A program made the translations under genes and the position numbers. A stretch of DNA of 63,693 nucleotides, counting the filler, from Olpidium bornovanus S191 (Eukaryota; Fungi; Olpidiomycota), in the NCBI GenBank assembly GCA_017911155.1. It is 30 parts of 30 records of this genome, joined end to end, with 100 filler letters (N's around TTAATTAATTAA, not from the genome) between each part and the next. Parts side by side here need not be neighbours in the genome. Positions count along the whole stretch, not along the records: positions 47,739 to 49,411 come from JAEFCI010012050.1; positions 49,512 to 53,673 come from JAEFCI010005713.1; positions 53,774 to 56,147 come from JAEFCI010008179.1; positions 56,248 to 59,078 come from JAEFCI010006261.1; positions 59,179 to 61,585 come from JAEFCI010013348.1; 25 more parts are not named here. One strand, 5' to 3'. Each line of letters opens with the position of its first letter. Within the stretch, counting starts at the first letter, position 1. Below the pieces are notes generated by a model, which saw only the letters and a program-made list of their open reading frames with translations, did not search any database and was not told the origin of the DNA. Below are positions 49,346 through 60,284 of the stretch, piece after piece.

Positions 49346-50019
49346 GTATCGAGTCCTGCACTACCATTCTCGCGGTGACGGCGCAGTCTGAATTTTAACC
49401 CTGCGATATTCNNNNNNNNNNNNNNNNNNNNNNNNNNNNNNNNNNNNNNNNNNNNTTAATTAATTAANNNNNNNNNNNNNNNNNNNNNNNNNNNNNNNNN
49501 NNNNNNNNNNNCACCGAATCTGACAGAGTCAGACGTCAGAATCTGAGTTTCGCCATTTTTTCTTCGGGGAGCGGATGTGGCCTTGGGGTTGTGTCGGGAA
49601 GGGGGTGCCTGTTATGGGTGCCTGCACTCATGTTGAGAGGTGGTCGCGGGCGGGGGGAAGAGAACTCCTGGGAAGGTTCACTGCTCGGGTGGGCGCCAGT
49701 TGAAGACGGGACAAACGACATCACTGGCAGAATCTCTGGCAGAAACGACGGGAATCGCGGCGGTTGCCAGCCGCTGATGGCCCACGCTCAAGCGTAAGCT
49801 GCTGCACTCCGTCTTCCGGACATGTGAGCTCGTCAGATAGTTGAGGATGACCCTTCGGCGGAGTTCCCAGACCATACCATGGGCTTAGCCCTCCGCGCGG
49901 TGGCCGACCGCCGAAGGCCCGCGCCTGTGAGTAAGCTGAGGCCCCCCCCCCGTCAGGACGCGTGGCCTCTCACAGCCACCAGCAAGGTCACCACGCCGAC
50001 GACATGCTCATGCACCTCA

Positions 50020-51970
50020 AGCTTAACCTGCAAACTCAAGCTTAACCTGCAAGCCTTTGCGGGTGTTGTCCGACCACCAGGTGTCCGCCACATTTTAATA
50101 CTTGTTCACAGCCTGAGTGGACGCTGTGACGGCGGTAGGACGCTCTGGTCGCTGCGCCATAATTTTTTCCCCCTTCGTCTTTCGTCTTTCTTTCTTCCTT
50201 TTTTTTTTCCAAAGGATGATTTTTTTTTCCCTGGAGGACGGCCGGGGCCCGCCTTTTATGTTTGCCAGGCTGTCGGAAGTTTGTTTTGGCTTCGGCGTAG
50301 CCGTCCGCCTGCGCACATATCCACCACACGGATTCCGTCACGGCCTTCCCGCCAAAGCTTGCGCCATAACTTTTCGCTCGACACACTTTTCCCACAAAAC
50401 ATCTCCCGACACAACTTTTTCCGACACAGACACGCGTTTTCAGACACAAATTTTCCCAACACACCTTTCCCAACACGCTTTTCCCAACACACTTTTCCCG
50501 ACACATTTTTCCCGACGCACTTTTTCCGACACTTTTCCCGACACGTTTTCCGTGTCACAACTTCCCGGCACACCTTTTCCCGCCACGCTTTTTCCACCCC
50601 AACTCCGCGCGATATCTTTCCCGTCACGGTTTTCCGGAACAATTTCTCCTCACAACATTCCGTTCCGGAAAGCGGGGGGGGGGGGGGGTTGCAGGGGTAC
50701 GGAGGGGAGGCGTTGCAGGCGTATGGAAGGGGGGTGTCGTAGGCGTAGAGATATCGCCAAGATAAATGAGTGCGCACACACTAGAGTGTGTTGACGGACA
50801 CACGCCGGCCGGTGTAGCCGGTGCGTGCTCCCCTCCCCCCTGGAAATTCTCGTGTGACACACACACGCGGGACTCCCACGCGCCGGGCCCACACACGCTC
50901 GGCCATCCCACACACCGGGACGCGCCCACGCGTGCACACGCCCGTGCGCACACACGCTGCGCTCACAAAGGAGGGACCCCGACTACGAGCCGTCAAGGCG
51001 TCGGCCACACGCCCACGGTAATAAAAGACCAAGACCCTCATAGTCCCAGATAGAGGCCCCACGACACAAAAACCACACCTCGATCTCCATCCCTTGCTAG
51101 ACGTCACAAGTCTCCAGATAATTTCGTTCCTGACAGCGCGCGAACGCGTTAACGCGAATGGACTTATTACATTGACGTTCGATGTAGTAAAGGCTCACAT
51201 TCCAAAATTTTATGACATTTGACATTGGGCTCAATGCCCCGTCCGCTTGCGATCTCAGACAACCGCGAACTGCTTGTGATCTCAGACAACCGCAGAAAGT
51301 CCCGCCCGCCCTGTCAACCTCTGCCGCGTCGCCTGCCGCCGCGGCGAACACCTCCACTGGCCCGGCTTCGGTTCCAAAGCCAACGTAGAAGAGGATTGCG
51401 CCTACGCTGGTGAGTTCAGTTCCCTCGCGCGGCCCCGTTCACCACTACCTCGTCGCCTGCCGCCGGCGTGAGCTCCTCCGCCGACCCGGCTTCAAAGCCA
51501 CCAGAGAAGAGGATCATGCCCACGCAAGTGAGTCAGGTCATCACTCGTGCGGCCTCGAAGGTGCCGAGGACCTCCGAATGAGACCTAAAAAATGTATTAG
51601 TTAGGGAGGGATAGTGGAACAACAACGAAATGACTACGTGGGGACAGGTATGATAGTTTCGATGATATAAAACATTGCAGCTGTGCATGTGGAGCATGTG
51701 GTGCATGTGGTGCAGATGAGCTGCATAACATGACTTTGGGGCATGAAGCAAGTGCATTTGCAATGCCTTGCGATATTGCCCTTCCCCGTGTCAGATCACA
51801 TGGCGTAGTGACATCTTGCGACATCTCTGCGCGCTTTGTGTCCTGACGCGTTACAACCCGATATCAACCTCCCGTCATGTCGTATCTCCTTGCGCAGTGA
51901 CATCGTGCGACATCGCTGCACACGTTGTGTCCTGGCGCGATATAAAGCGATATCAACATCTCGCCATGGG
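50020..51970. repeat. Non-coding region with several local tandem duplications
   Basis: 19-bp x2 (~50027-50062); acac(a/t)ttttccc-like low-complexity array at 50380-50640; 27-bp x2 (gatctcagacaaccgc, ~51250-51295); catgtgg x3 (~51686); ~87-bp x2 (~51810-51968). Confidence 0.7.
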
Positions 51971-51982
51971 GAATTCTAAGCA

Positions 51983-52030
<48 letters not shown>

Positions 52031-52594
52031 ACCATTTGGCACGTTTCCTTCTCCACTTTATTTTTTTCTCCTACGGCGCAAACTCTCCCGGGGCGCGTTT
52101 GCTTTCGCCGGGCGGGTGTGTGTGTGTGTGTGTGTGGTGTGTGTGCGCGGTGGGGGAGAGGAGAGGGAAAGGGGGTTTATGGGAAATTTCTTCTTTTTGG
52201 GCTCTCTTTCGTAACCAGCTGTGCACAGAGGGGGAGACCTTAGCCGGCAAAAATTGAGATCCGGTGCCAAGGAACACCAGGTCGCAGGTAAAAACAAAAA
52301 AAAAGTGTTTGGCAGACAAAAACAACGAGGGAAAAAAAAAACGAAAAAAAAAACGGATGGCCAGGCAACAGATTAACAAGTGTTTGATAGCCAAAAGGTC
52401 GAACTCGCGCCCGCTCTCCTTCCGCAACCACGCCAACAGCGCATCGCGAAGGGATGGGGGGGGGGAACCATCAGGAAGGCACGCGCAAGTGGCAGAGAAG
52501 AAAGCGGACAGGCTTCCGGGGCAAAGTCTCCGGGAAACGTGCACGACGGGGGAAAATCGGATGGTTGCACAAAGAGACGAGCGAGAGGGAAGGA

Positions 52595-52627
<33 letters not shown>

Positions 52628-52816
52628 GAGAGAGGGAGGGAGAAAGAGAGAACCAAAAAGAGAAAGAGTGAGACTAAGGTTATTCACGTAAACAACGAAA
52701 CTGCGCAGCGGAGGAAACCGGGTAGAGACGAAGAAGCGCCGGGATGGAAATGAGTGGTGGGGAGGGAGGGGGTTGGAAATGGCAGGGGCTTTCTTAATGG
52801 TTGAATGGGGCTGCCT

Positions 52817-53673
52817 TCAATAGGGACGCCGCGGGTTGTTGAGCGGGTTCGGCCTGAACTTGTACGCCAGCATCATTTTTTTCCGAAAAATGGTGTACTC
52901 GTCGTCCTCCGCGGTGACGTCCTCGACGCACTCCTGGCCAAGACCCGCCTTGTCCGGCCGTTGCGCGGCGCTGGAACGAAAAAAAAAAAAAAAAAAGCGA
53001 AAAAACGACAAAAAAACAAAAAAAAGCGAAAAAACGACAAAAAAAACAAAAAAAGGAAAAAAAATAATTCCGGAGCACCGTCAGTGGACACTTGTGGATA
53101 ACGATGCGCGGTTGCATTCTTACGGAACCGTGAAAACACCCCACCGGTTGATCGGCTTCGAGATCCCCGACGAATCCTTGCCAAGTCCCGTGCCCTCCTC
53201 CCATCCGGCGCTCTTGAGCATCCGGTAGCCGATGTTCTTCTCGTTCAGCTTCGCGTCCGCGTGATCCTGGTACGCGGCAGAGCCGCCGCTGCCGGTTCCG
53301 GCCTTTGCCGCCCGCACGCTGGCCTCGAAGCGCTCGAGTTCCTCCTTGGGAAGATACTGCCCGATGCCGTGGCCTCCGCGGGTCTCGGCGGCGTTGGTCA
53401 GGGTGCCGGCTTTTCCTGCAAAATGAGCACAACCGCGTTTTTCTCTTTCAGACCAGCGAAAACAAATCGCACCGCCGGGAAACGTGGGGCGCGCACGTCC
53501 CGCAAGCCCGACTCTGCACCGAAGCACACGGCGGCAAAAACAGCAACGTTCTGAGCCACTAACTCGCAGTCTCCTCCATTTCCTTCTTCCTGCGAATGTG
53601 CTCGTACGTGCCCTCCTGCTCGTCGACAATCTCGTCCTCGGGCCAGGCCCATTTGCGGCCGACTTGGATCATG
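52817..53673 (-). CDS. SUGP1: SURP and G-patch protein 1 (SF4), C-terminal part
   Basis: [30 protein letters not shown]-patch [60 protein letters not shown]. Confidence 0.95.
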
Positions 53674-53836
53674 NNNNNNNNNNNNNNNNNNNNNNNNNNN
53701 NNNNNNNNNNNNNNNNNTTAATTAATTAANNNNNNNNNNNNNNNNNNNNNNNNNNNNNNNNNNNNNNNNNNNNAAGGGAAGGGGGGGGGGGGGGTGACTC
53801 CAAATGTTTTTTTCCAATACCAAAAAAAGCTTTTTT

Positions 53837-53876
<40 letters not shown>

Positions 53877-53879
53877 CAC

Positions 53880-54143
53880 GGCCCCAATGATGCCGTGACC
53901 CAACTTCTTGCCGAACAGGTGGCCGGCCGCGCCGCTGGGCTCAAATCAAAAACGCGAAAAGAGGCTCGGTTTTAGTGCGTCTGCGGCCCCGCGCGGGTGG
54001 GATCGTGGAGGGGATCAACTTGCCGGCTGGGCCGACTCGTTTCAACAGGTGGGGATAACTAATAAAAAAAAAAGAATTGACCGCGGGCTCGTCTTACCCC
54101 GCGACGGCTCTGAAAGACGTAGAGCGTGTGGGGCCGGGGAGCG

Positions 54144-54185
<42 letters not shown>

Positions 54186-54698
54186 GGGAAGGAGTCAACC
54201 GAAAAGGCGGGTCCCGCGTTAAACCGTTCCCCCCCAAAATCCCCCCGTTGGGGGCCCCCTTCGAAACGGGCGGCCCCCCCCCCCCATTCCCCCCCGCGCC
54301 TTCCCTCCCGCGCGTTACCCCAGGAGTCCTTTTTCGCCCGGAGCTCCGGCCGGTCCTTGCGGGTACGCCCCGTGTCCCGCGGGAGGCGGCGGCGGGAGCT
54401 GCGCGCCTCCCGCGTACGACGCGGCTTCGCCCGGCGCCCCGTGGTCCCGCCGCGGCTGCGGCGGGGCCGGGTACCCGCCGCAGGGGACGTGCTGCTGCGC
54501 GGGAGGTGGAAGGTACCCGCCGCCGGCGTGGTCGTACGCCGGGGGATACGGCGGCGGCTGCGACGAGCCTCCCGGAGAATGCGCGGGGAAGCCCGCCGGC
54601 GGCGGCTCGTGGTGCGGCGAGGGCTGCTGTCCCGGCGGCAGGGAGAAGCCGCCCGGCCCCGGAGGGTAATGCTGGTTGGAGTTGGGGAAGTGGGCCAT
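53880..54698 (-). CDS. Pro/Gly-rich protein with a glycine-zipper motif, 3'-truncated
   Basis: Exons 54698-54319, 54109-54098 and 53934-53880 join in frame to ...GEKGLLG|AVAG|GAAGHLFGKKLGHGIIGA, all GT-AG. Confidence 0.8.
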
Positions 54699-55079
54699 GG
54701 CGGCGCGGAAAGGGAAGTTTTTTTTTTTTTTCACCGAAAGGGGGAGAAAAGAAAAAGAAGAAAAAAAACTCTCAGCGCGGCCGCGAAGGCATCTTTTTTT
54801 CTTTAACAAAAAAAACACTCCCTCAAAACCCGCTGCGCGCATAAAACATTCGCCTTCCCCTCCGTACGAGAAGAGAATGGGGAGGGGGGGGAAAAGGCCC
54901 CTTTTTCGCACACTAACGCGCACCGGCGCCCCTTTCGTCATTCTCCCGTCGCAACGTCTTTATAAAGTTACCTGCCCTACAAAAGGGGCCTTGACTACAT
55001 AAAACAAGACTTCCCTACGTCCCGAGTCCTGCGCCTCTGCGTACCTGGCGGCTCCCTCACTCGGCAATCCACAACTTTA

Positions 55080-55560
55080 TGTGGAAGATCGAGAGAGAGT
55101 TCGCGGCGAGAGCTCGAGGCGAGATGGGAAGCTGCGCCGAGCACGGTTGTGGAACGAGATTCCGTGGGGAGCCGCACTTTCTCTATTTGATTCTAGCCTT
55201 TTTGTAGTATGGCATTCCTAACAAATCTTGAAGGGGTTTCCAAGGGCGGGGTGGGGGGGGGGGGGTTGTTTTTGCCGCGCGATGCATATGGGTTGAGCCC
55301 TGTGCCCTTTCCCCCCTTGTTTATCTACACTCCTCCTCATCGCATGCCCCGCCGTAGCGTACTCTATAGCCATGTTCTATCTATGATACGCCACCTCAAT
55401 CTATCTTCCCTTAAATGTTCCGCCGACGGTCTGTCATATGACGTGCCGCCCTGAATACCGAGAGTTGGTTCTGAACTTGACGAACTTCACTTTGTTCAAT
55501 GGCTTCGTGAAAGGGTGAGCCAGGTTATCCGCAAGAGGCAATGCTCTCGATCTGGATTTC
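55080..55560 (+). mobile_element. Diverged LTR-like copy
   Basis: Starts TGTGGA...gttcg...gagctcg; later ccccgcc...ctatctat...gaactt...ttgt.caa.gg.ttcgtg blocks are collinear with the 30195-30599 copy. Confidence 0.45.
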
Positions 55561-56894
55561 TCGATCCGCGGCAGCGCCTCAGATGATGGAACTTGATAAC
55601 GATATGCTCGGATCTCGACGATACCTTGATGTCACCCGCTAGCTTCAGCGGTTCCAAAGTTATCGATGTAGAAGGGCGATGGTCCCTTAATGACGTCTGA
55701 ATCGATGCCGCCGGGGAGCAGCCTCAGCCGTTTCTATTTCCCTGCGCCGCTGCGGGGGCCCGGGCAAACGAACCTCGCCCTTTCCGCACGACGATGCGGC
55801 TCGCGCGTTCTTTGTCAAAGCGGGATCGCCAAGAGGTCGGGCTCCCATCCGTTTTTGTACACGGCCGCGAGAATCCGGCGTGTCGAACGCGCGGGGTCTC
55901 GCCGCAACCTGCCCAGCCCCGAGTCGCCGTAACATTTTTCGACTGCGTCCCCCATAGATTCCCTTGGTTTTTCGTCGCGGCGGATTTCCGAGGTGCGCCG
56001 TTCCCTTTAAGATGGCGCGTTTGCCCGTTTTGCCATTGCCCAACGTCACGTTTGTTGGCTTGGCACCAAAACGGGCGAGGAATGACGCCGCGAACGCGAG
56101 GACAACCAAACACGACGAAACGCGATGTCCGCTGGCAAAAAAAAAAANNNNNNNNNNNNNNNNNNNNNNNNNNNNNNNNNNNNNNNNNNNNTTAATTAAT
56201 TAANNNNNNNNNNNNNNNNNNNNNNNNNNNNNNNNNNNNNNNNNNNNGCCGGGGGGGGGGGGGGGGGGGGGGGGGAGGGGGAAGCACGCCACGCACGCAA
56301 AAAACCCCACCACTCGCTGACAACACAGGGGGACGATTGGTTCGCAAAAAAAGGGCGGGAGCTTGACGAAAGCGCTCCCCCGGGACGCCGCCAAATAAGA
56401 AATAAAAAAAGACCGCAAGTCCCTTCCCCTGCACCCCGCCGCGTTTCCCCGCATCCTCCCGTCCTTCTCACTTCCTCCCCGCGCGGCCGCAAAAAAAAAA
56501 AAACCCCTTCTCCGTCTTATGTTTTTTTTTCTTTCTCTCACAAACAACCTTTTTTGATCTTCTCCGGGTCCGTCTCGTGTTTTCGCGCCAGGAACCTGGG
56601 AGAGTGGGTGTGTGGTGGTGCGTGCGAGCGAGCGTGCGCGTTATTTGCGTTGTGCGGAGGTCCGCGCGTTATGGCGAAAAAAAAAAAAAAAAAAAAAAAC
56701 GGAATAGTCCCCAGTCGAACGAGGGCCGGGAAAGACGGGAAACCTGGAGATGGGGCAGGGAGACCCCCCGCGACCCGGCTTTTCCGTCGTTCCCCCCCCC
56801 CCCCCCCCCCCCCCCCCTCCCCCCCCCCCCCCCCTCCCCCCCCCCTTCCTCCTCTTCCACCGGGAGACGCGTTTCTCTCTCTCTCTCTCTCCCC

Positions 56895-57226
56895 CTTTCC
56901 TGACTTTCGCCCGCCACGCTTCGTACCCCTGGGGCCAATCTCTTCCCACGAAGAGGAGCTGCCCGCGAGGAGGAGGTGGTGAAGGGGGTGGGGGGGGGAG
57001 GGGAGAGGAGGTTTCGGCTAGGTCCAGTTTACAAGATGAAACCGCTGGGGGGGATGGGGGGGAAACGCTTTTCTTGCCTTTTACTTTTTTTGGGGGGGGG
57101 GGGGGGGAATTGGGGAGGCGGAGGCGCCGCGACGACGTTCCGGGCGGGCGGACGGAAGGCCCGCGCACGCACCTCTTTGTACAGCGCGAGCACCTCCCTC
57201 CTCAACGGATTCTTGAACGTCGACAT
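56895..57226 (-). CDS. LYR-motif protein, LYRM5/ETFRF1-like, first two exons
   Basis: MSTFKNPLRREVLALYKE|LLFVGRDWPQGYEAWRAKVRKG (exons 57226-57173 and from 56958); the sequence then runs into repeats. Confidence 0.75.
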
Positions 57227-59178
57227 GTCGTCCGTCCTCCGCGCCCGTGGGGGGGGGGGGGGTGTGTGGGGCGTCTCCGCGGTCGGACTGGGGGAACCGC
57301 AGTGCCAGAAAGGGAGGGTAGAAAGTGGCGCGCGGGCGCGTACGCCCCCGACTGAGAGAGAAAGAAAAAAAAAAGGAAATGAACCGCGTTCCCTCGATCC
57401 CCTCCCGCCCGCACAGAGAGAGAGAGAGAGAGACCTGTTGGGAGAAAAAAAAAACAAAGAAAAAACAAAAAAAAACAAAAAAAAAGACAAAAAAAGAAAA
57501 AAAAAATCCCCAGGAGAGGACTCGTCTGGGCGTAAACATCGTCGGGTGGCGACGGGCGGCGCAAGAGCGTTAAAGCGTCGATCGCGGCCGCCCCAAACCG
57601 GCAACGTTCTCGATAAATCAAGACGGACGAGGAGATCGTCAAAACTTGCCAGGCCGGGTCTTGTGCGAACCGCCGTTTTTTTGCTGACGCCGGAGCGGCG
57701 CGTATCAAAAAGTCTTGCCGCGACCCTTATCATCTCTCTCCCGGCCTTTTTTGGCCCAATCTCGACGTCGGGGCGCTGGGTGCCCCTTTCGTCAACCCTC
57801 CTGCGGAAAACTCGTCCGCTGGGGCCAAAGAGGCGGGCCCGAAAGCGCGCGAGAGTTCGCAGTTTCGCGGCGGCCGCAAGGGTGTTGCCTGAATGTGCTC
57901 CGGTTCTTTTCCGTCCCCTCTCTCTGCTGCCTCCGCTTCCTCCTTCTCTTTTTCTCTCCTCAACCCTCTTCCGACGCCACCATGGCGGCGGTTGATAGTC
58001 TCCATATCTTCTCGTCTGAATCTCACTGTCCTCGCGGCCTTGCCCGCCGCGTGCGCTCCACGGGGGATAGCGCCCCCCCCCGCTCTACACACCTGCGCTC
58101 GTAACCCTGATCGGTTACAGCGGTGCGTTCCGCACGCGCGCGTTGTGTTGCTAGAGGTGGTGCTACGAAACAGTGAGCCCGATCCGCGTCGGGCGGACCC
58201 GAAGCAGTCGTCCGTCGCCTCGTCGCGCGGAACTCGCGGGACTCGCGCACGCGAAAAAAAGGGGCCACGCGGGATCTCGCGGGACCGTTCCCCGTCGTCA
58301 ATCCACGGGAATCGATATGTGCTCAACCCACGCCACAAGGGGCGCACGGTTACACCACAGTAAAATTTATCTCACGACCAGGGAATATGAAGTCAACTGG
58401 GATGCTCGAACTTCGTCTCGGCGGGCCGGGTCCTCCCGGTCGCCTCGAGCGAGCGAAGACGGCAACCGTCGCTCGCGCGAACTCGTCACTTTGGCGATTG
58501 ATTGGCGCCACCGGACGCACTGGCCGGCAGCAGGGTTGGTCTCTGCGCGCGTGCGGCGGAGAAGGCATCAAACGAGGAACCCGTGTCGGCCGTTCCCCTG
58601 GAGAACCAGAGCGCGGCGGAGAAAATGGGTGAGGAGCGCGGGTGCGGGGCCGTTGTAGTACGGCGGGTCACCGCAGTGCGAAGGTTGTGCCGCAGGAAGA
58701 AGTGGGCGATTGGGGAAGGAAGAAGAAAGGGGAGATTCGTCCCCGGAGGCAATTCTTTTTTTTTTTTTTTTTTTTTTTTTTCGCTCCGAGGCGCCGGCGG
58801 CTTTTGGCGCTCGTGCTGGGTGCGCGCGTTCAGGTTTCCAGGAACCCGGGGGGTCCGCGGGGGGGGGAGGGGGGGGGGGGGGGGGGCGGGGGGGGGGGGG
58901 GGGGGGGGGCCGTTCTCGTGTCACGTGCCGGCCGTTGGCCGCGAATCTCCCCTCCCCGTTTCGACGCCCGCAGCAAGCCCCCCCCCCCCCCCCCCCCCCC
59001 CCCCCGGGCACGCCCCCACCTAGCGCAACCAAAAGCCGCCCCATCCCCAAAAACGTCGAGGGCTTTTCGCCCCCCCCCNNNNNNNNNNNNNNNNNNNNNN
59101 NNNNNNNNNNNNNNNNNNNNNNTTAATTAATTAANNNNNNNNNNNNNNNNNNNNNNNNNNNNNNNNNNNNNNNNNNNN

Positions 59179-59214
<36 letters not shown>

Positions 59215-59291
59215 AGCCGGGCGTTCCGTAAACGCGATGAATCTGCCGGACGCGTCCAGGAAACGCACGCAGCAAGGCGAAGCCGACTTAC

Positions 59292-60284
59292 CGAACTTTG
59301 CCTTCTGCGGCTTTCCCGGCGCGCTCGTCATCCTGTGGGCCAGCACCAGGCATTGCGCATCCCGGAGCAGCGGGAAATAGCTGTGCCTTCGGGATTTTGC
59401 AGTCGGCGATCCGGGGCACACGAAATTGCCGGTGTGCGGCTTAGCGGCAGGCGGGGTGGCGGACCGCCGAAACGGGAATTCCCGGAATCCTCACTTTCGC
59501 GAACACACCCTACCATGTCTCCAATTCCTTCTCCGGGACGCCCGCGTCCGGGTTGTAGATGAGGAGCATGCCGTTCGCCTCCTTCGTGACGGCGGGCCAC
59601 ACGGACTCGATACTTTTTGCCCCCGCGAAGCGAAGGAGCCGACATGAAATTTCTTGTGAAGAGAGCGCTCGGAGCTGTGCGCGCCCCAAAGCGCCTGCAA
59701 TCTCGGAAAAGAAAGGGAGGGGGCGGGCGGGGGGAAGGTTACCTCGGGTCGCCGGAGCAGTCCCACAGTTCCACGGAGACGGTCACGTCCTTCGCGCGCC
59801 CTCCGCCGATAACGGAGCGCGAATCCTGGGCCCCGGCTTCGTTGATCGCGTCCGCCGTCAGGCGCCGCTCGAACTCGAGTATCCTGCGCTCTCGGGGGGG
59901 TAGACGCGCTGGTTGGGCCAGGGCTCGCTTCGACGGACGGCAGAGAGAACGGTTTTTTTGCAGACGTACCGCACACCTTCAGTCGGATGGTACTCCTGGG
60001 TCAGGCTCTCGCTTAAATCAGCGAGGTGATTGCTGATTGCGGCTGGGGAAAAAAAGGGCGCGTCAAAAGAGGCCGAATAACTTTAAAGAGGGGATTCGGA
60101 ATCATAAATCAAATGGGGAAGTAATTATGAAGGGACTTCGCCCCCCCCCCCCCCCTCCCCCCCCCCCCCACCCTTGCCCGACGAGGCGAGGGGAAACCGC
60201 CCCGCGAGGGGTCACCGTCGGCGTACTTTTCCCGGCCTTCTGCGGGCCGACGGCGAAGATCTTCAGTTTGGAAGGCGTCGCCAT
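59292..60284 (-). CDS. IFT22: Intraflagellar transport protein 22 (RABL5), 3'-truncated
   Basis: MATPSKLKIFAVGPQKAGK|TAISNHL...EYHPTEGVR|ILEFE...VELWDCSGDPS|IESVWPAV...GMLLIYNPD...W|HSYF...DAQCLVLAH. Confidence 0.92.

Noticed and set aside
52240-52544. DLVFLGTGS as the start of an RNase Z/metallo-beta-lactamase
   Set aside because: No start codon, no HxHxDH downstream, and it sits between poly-T tracts; probably chance.
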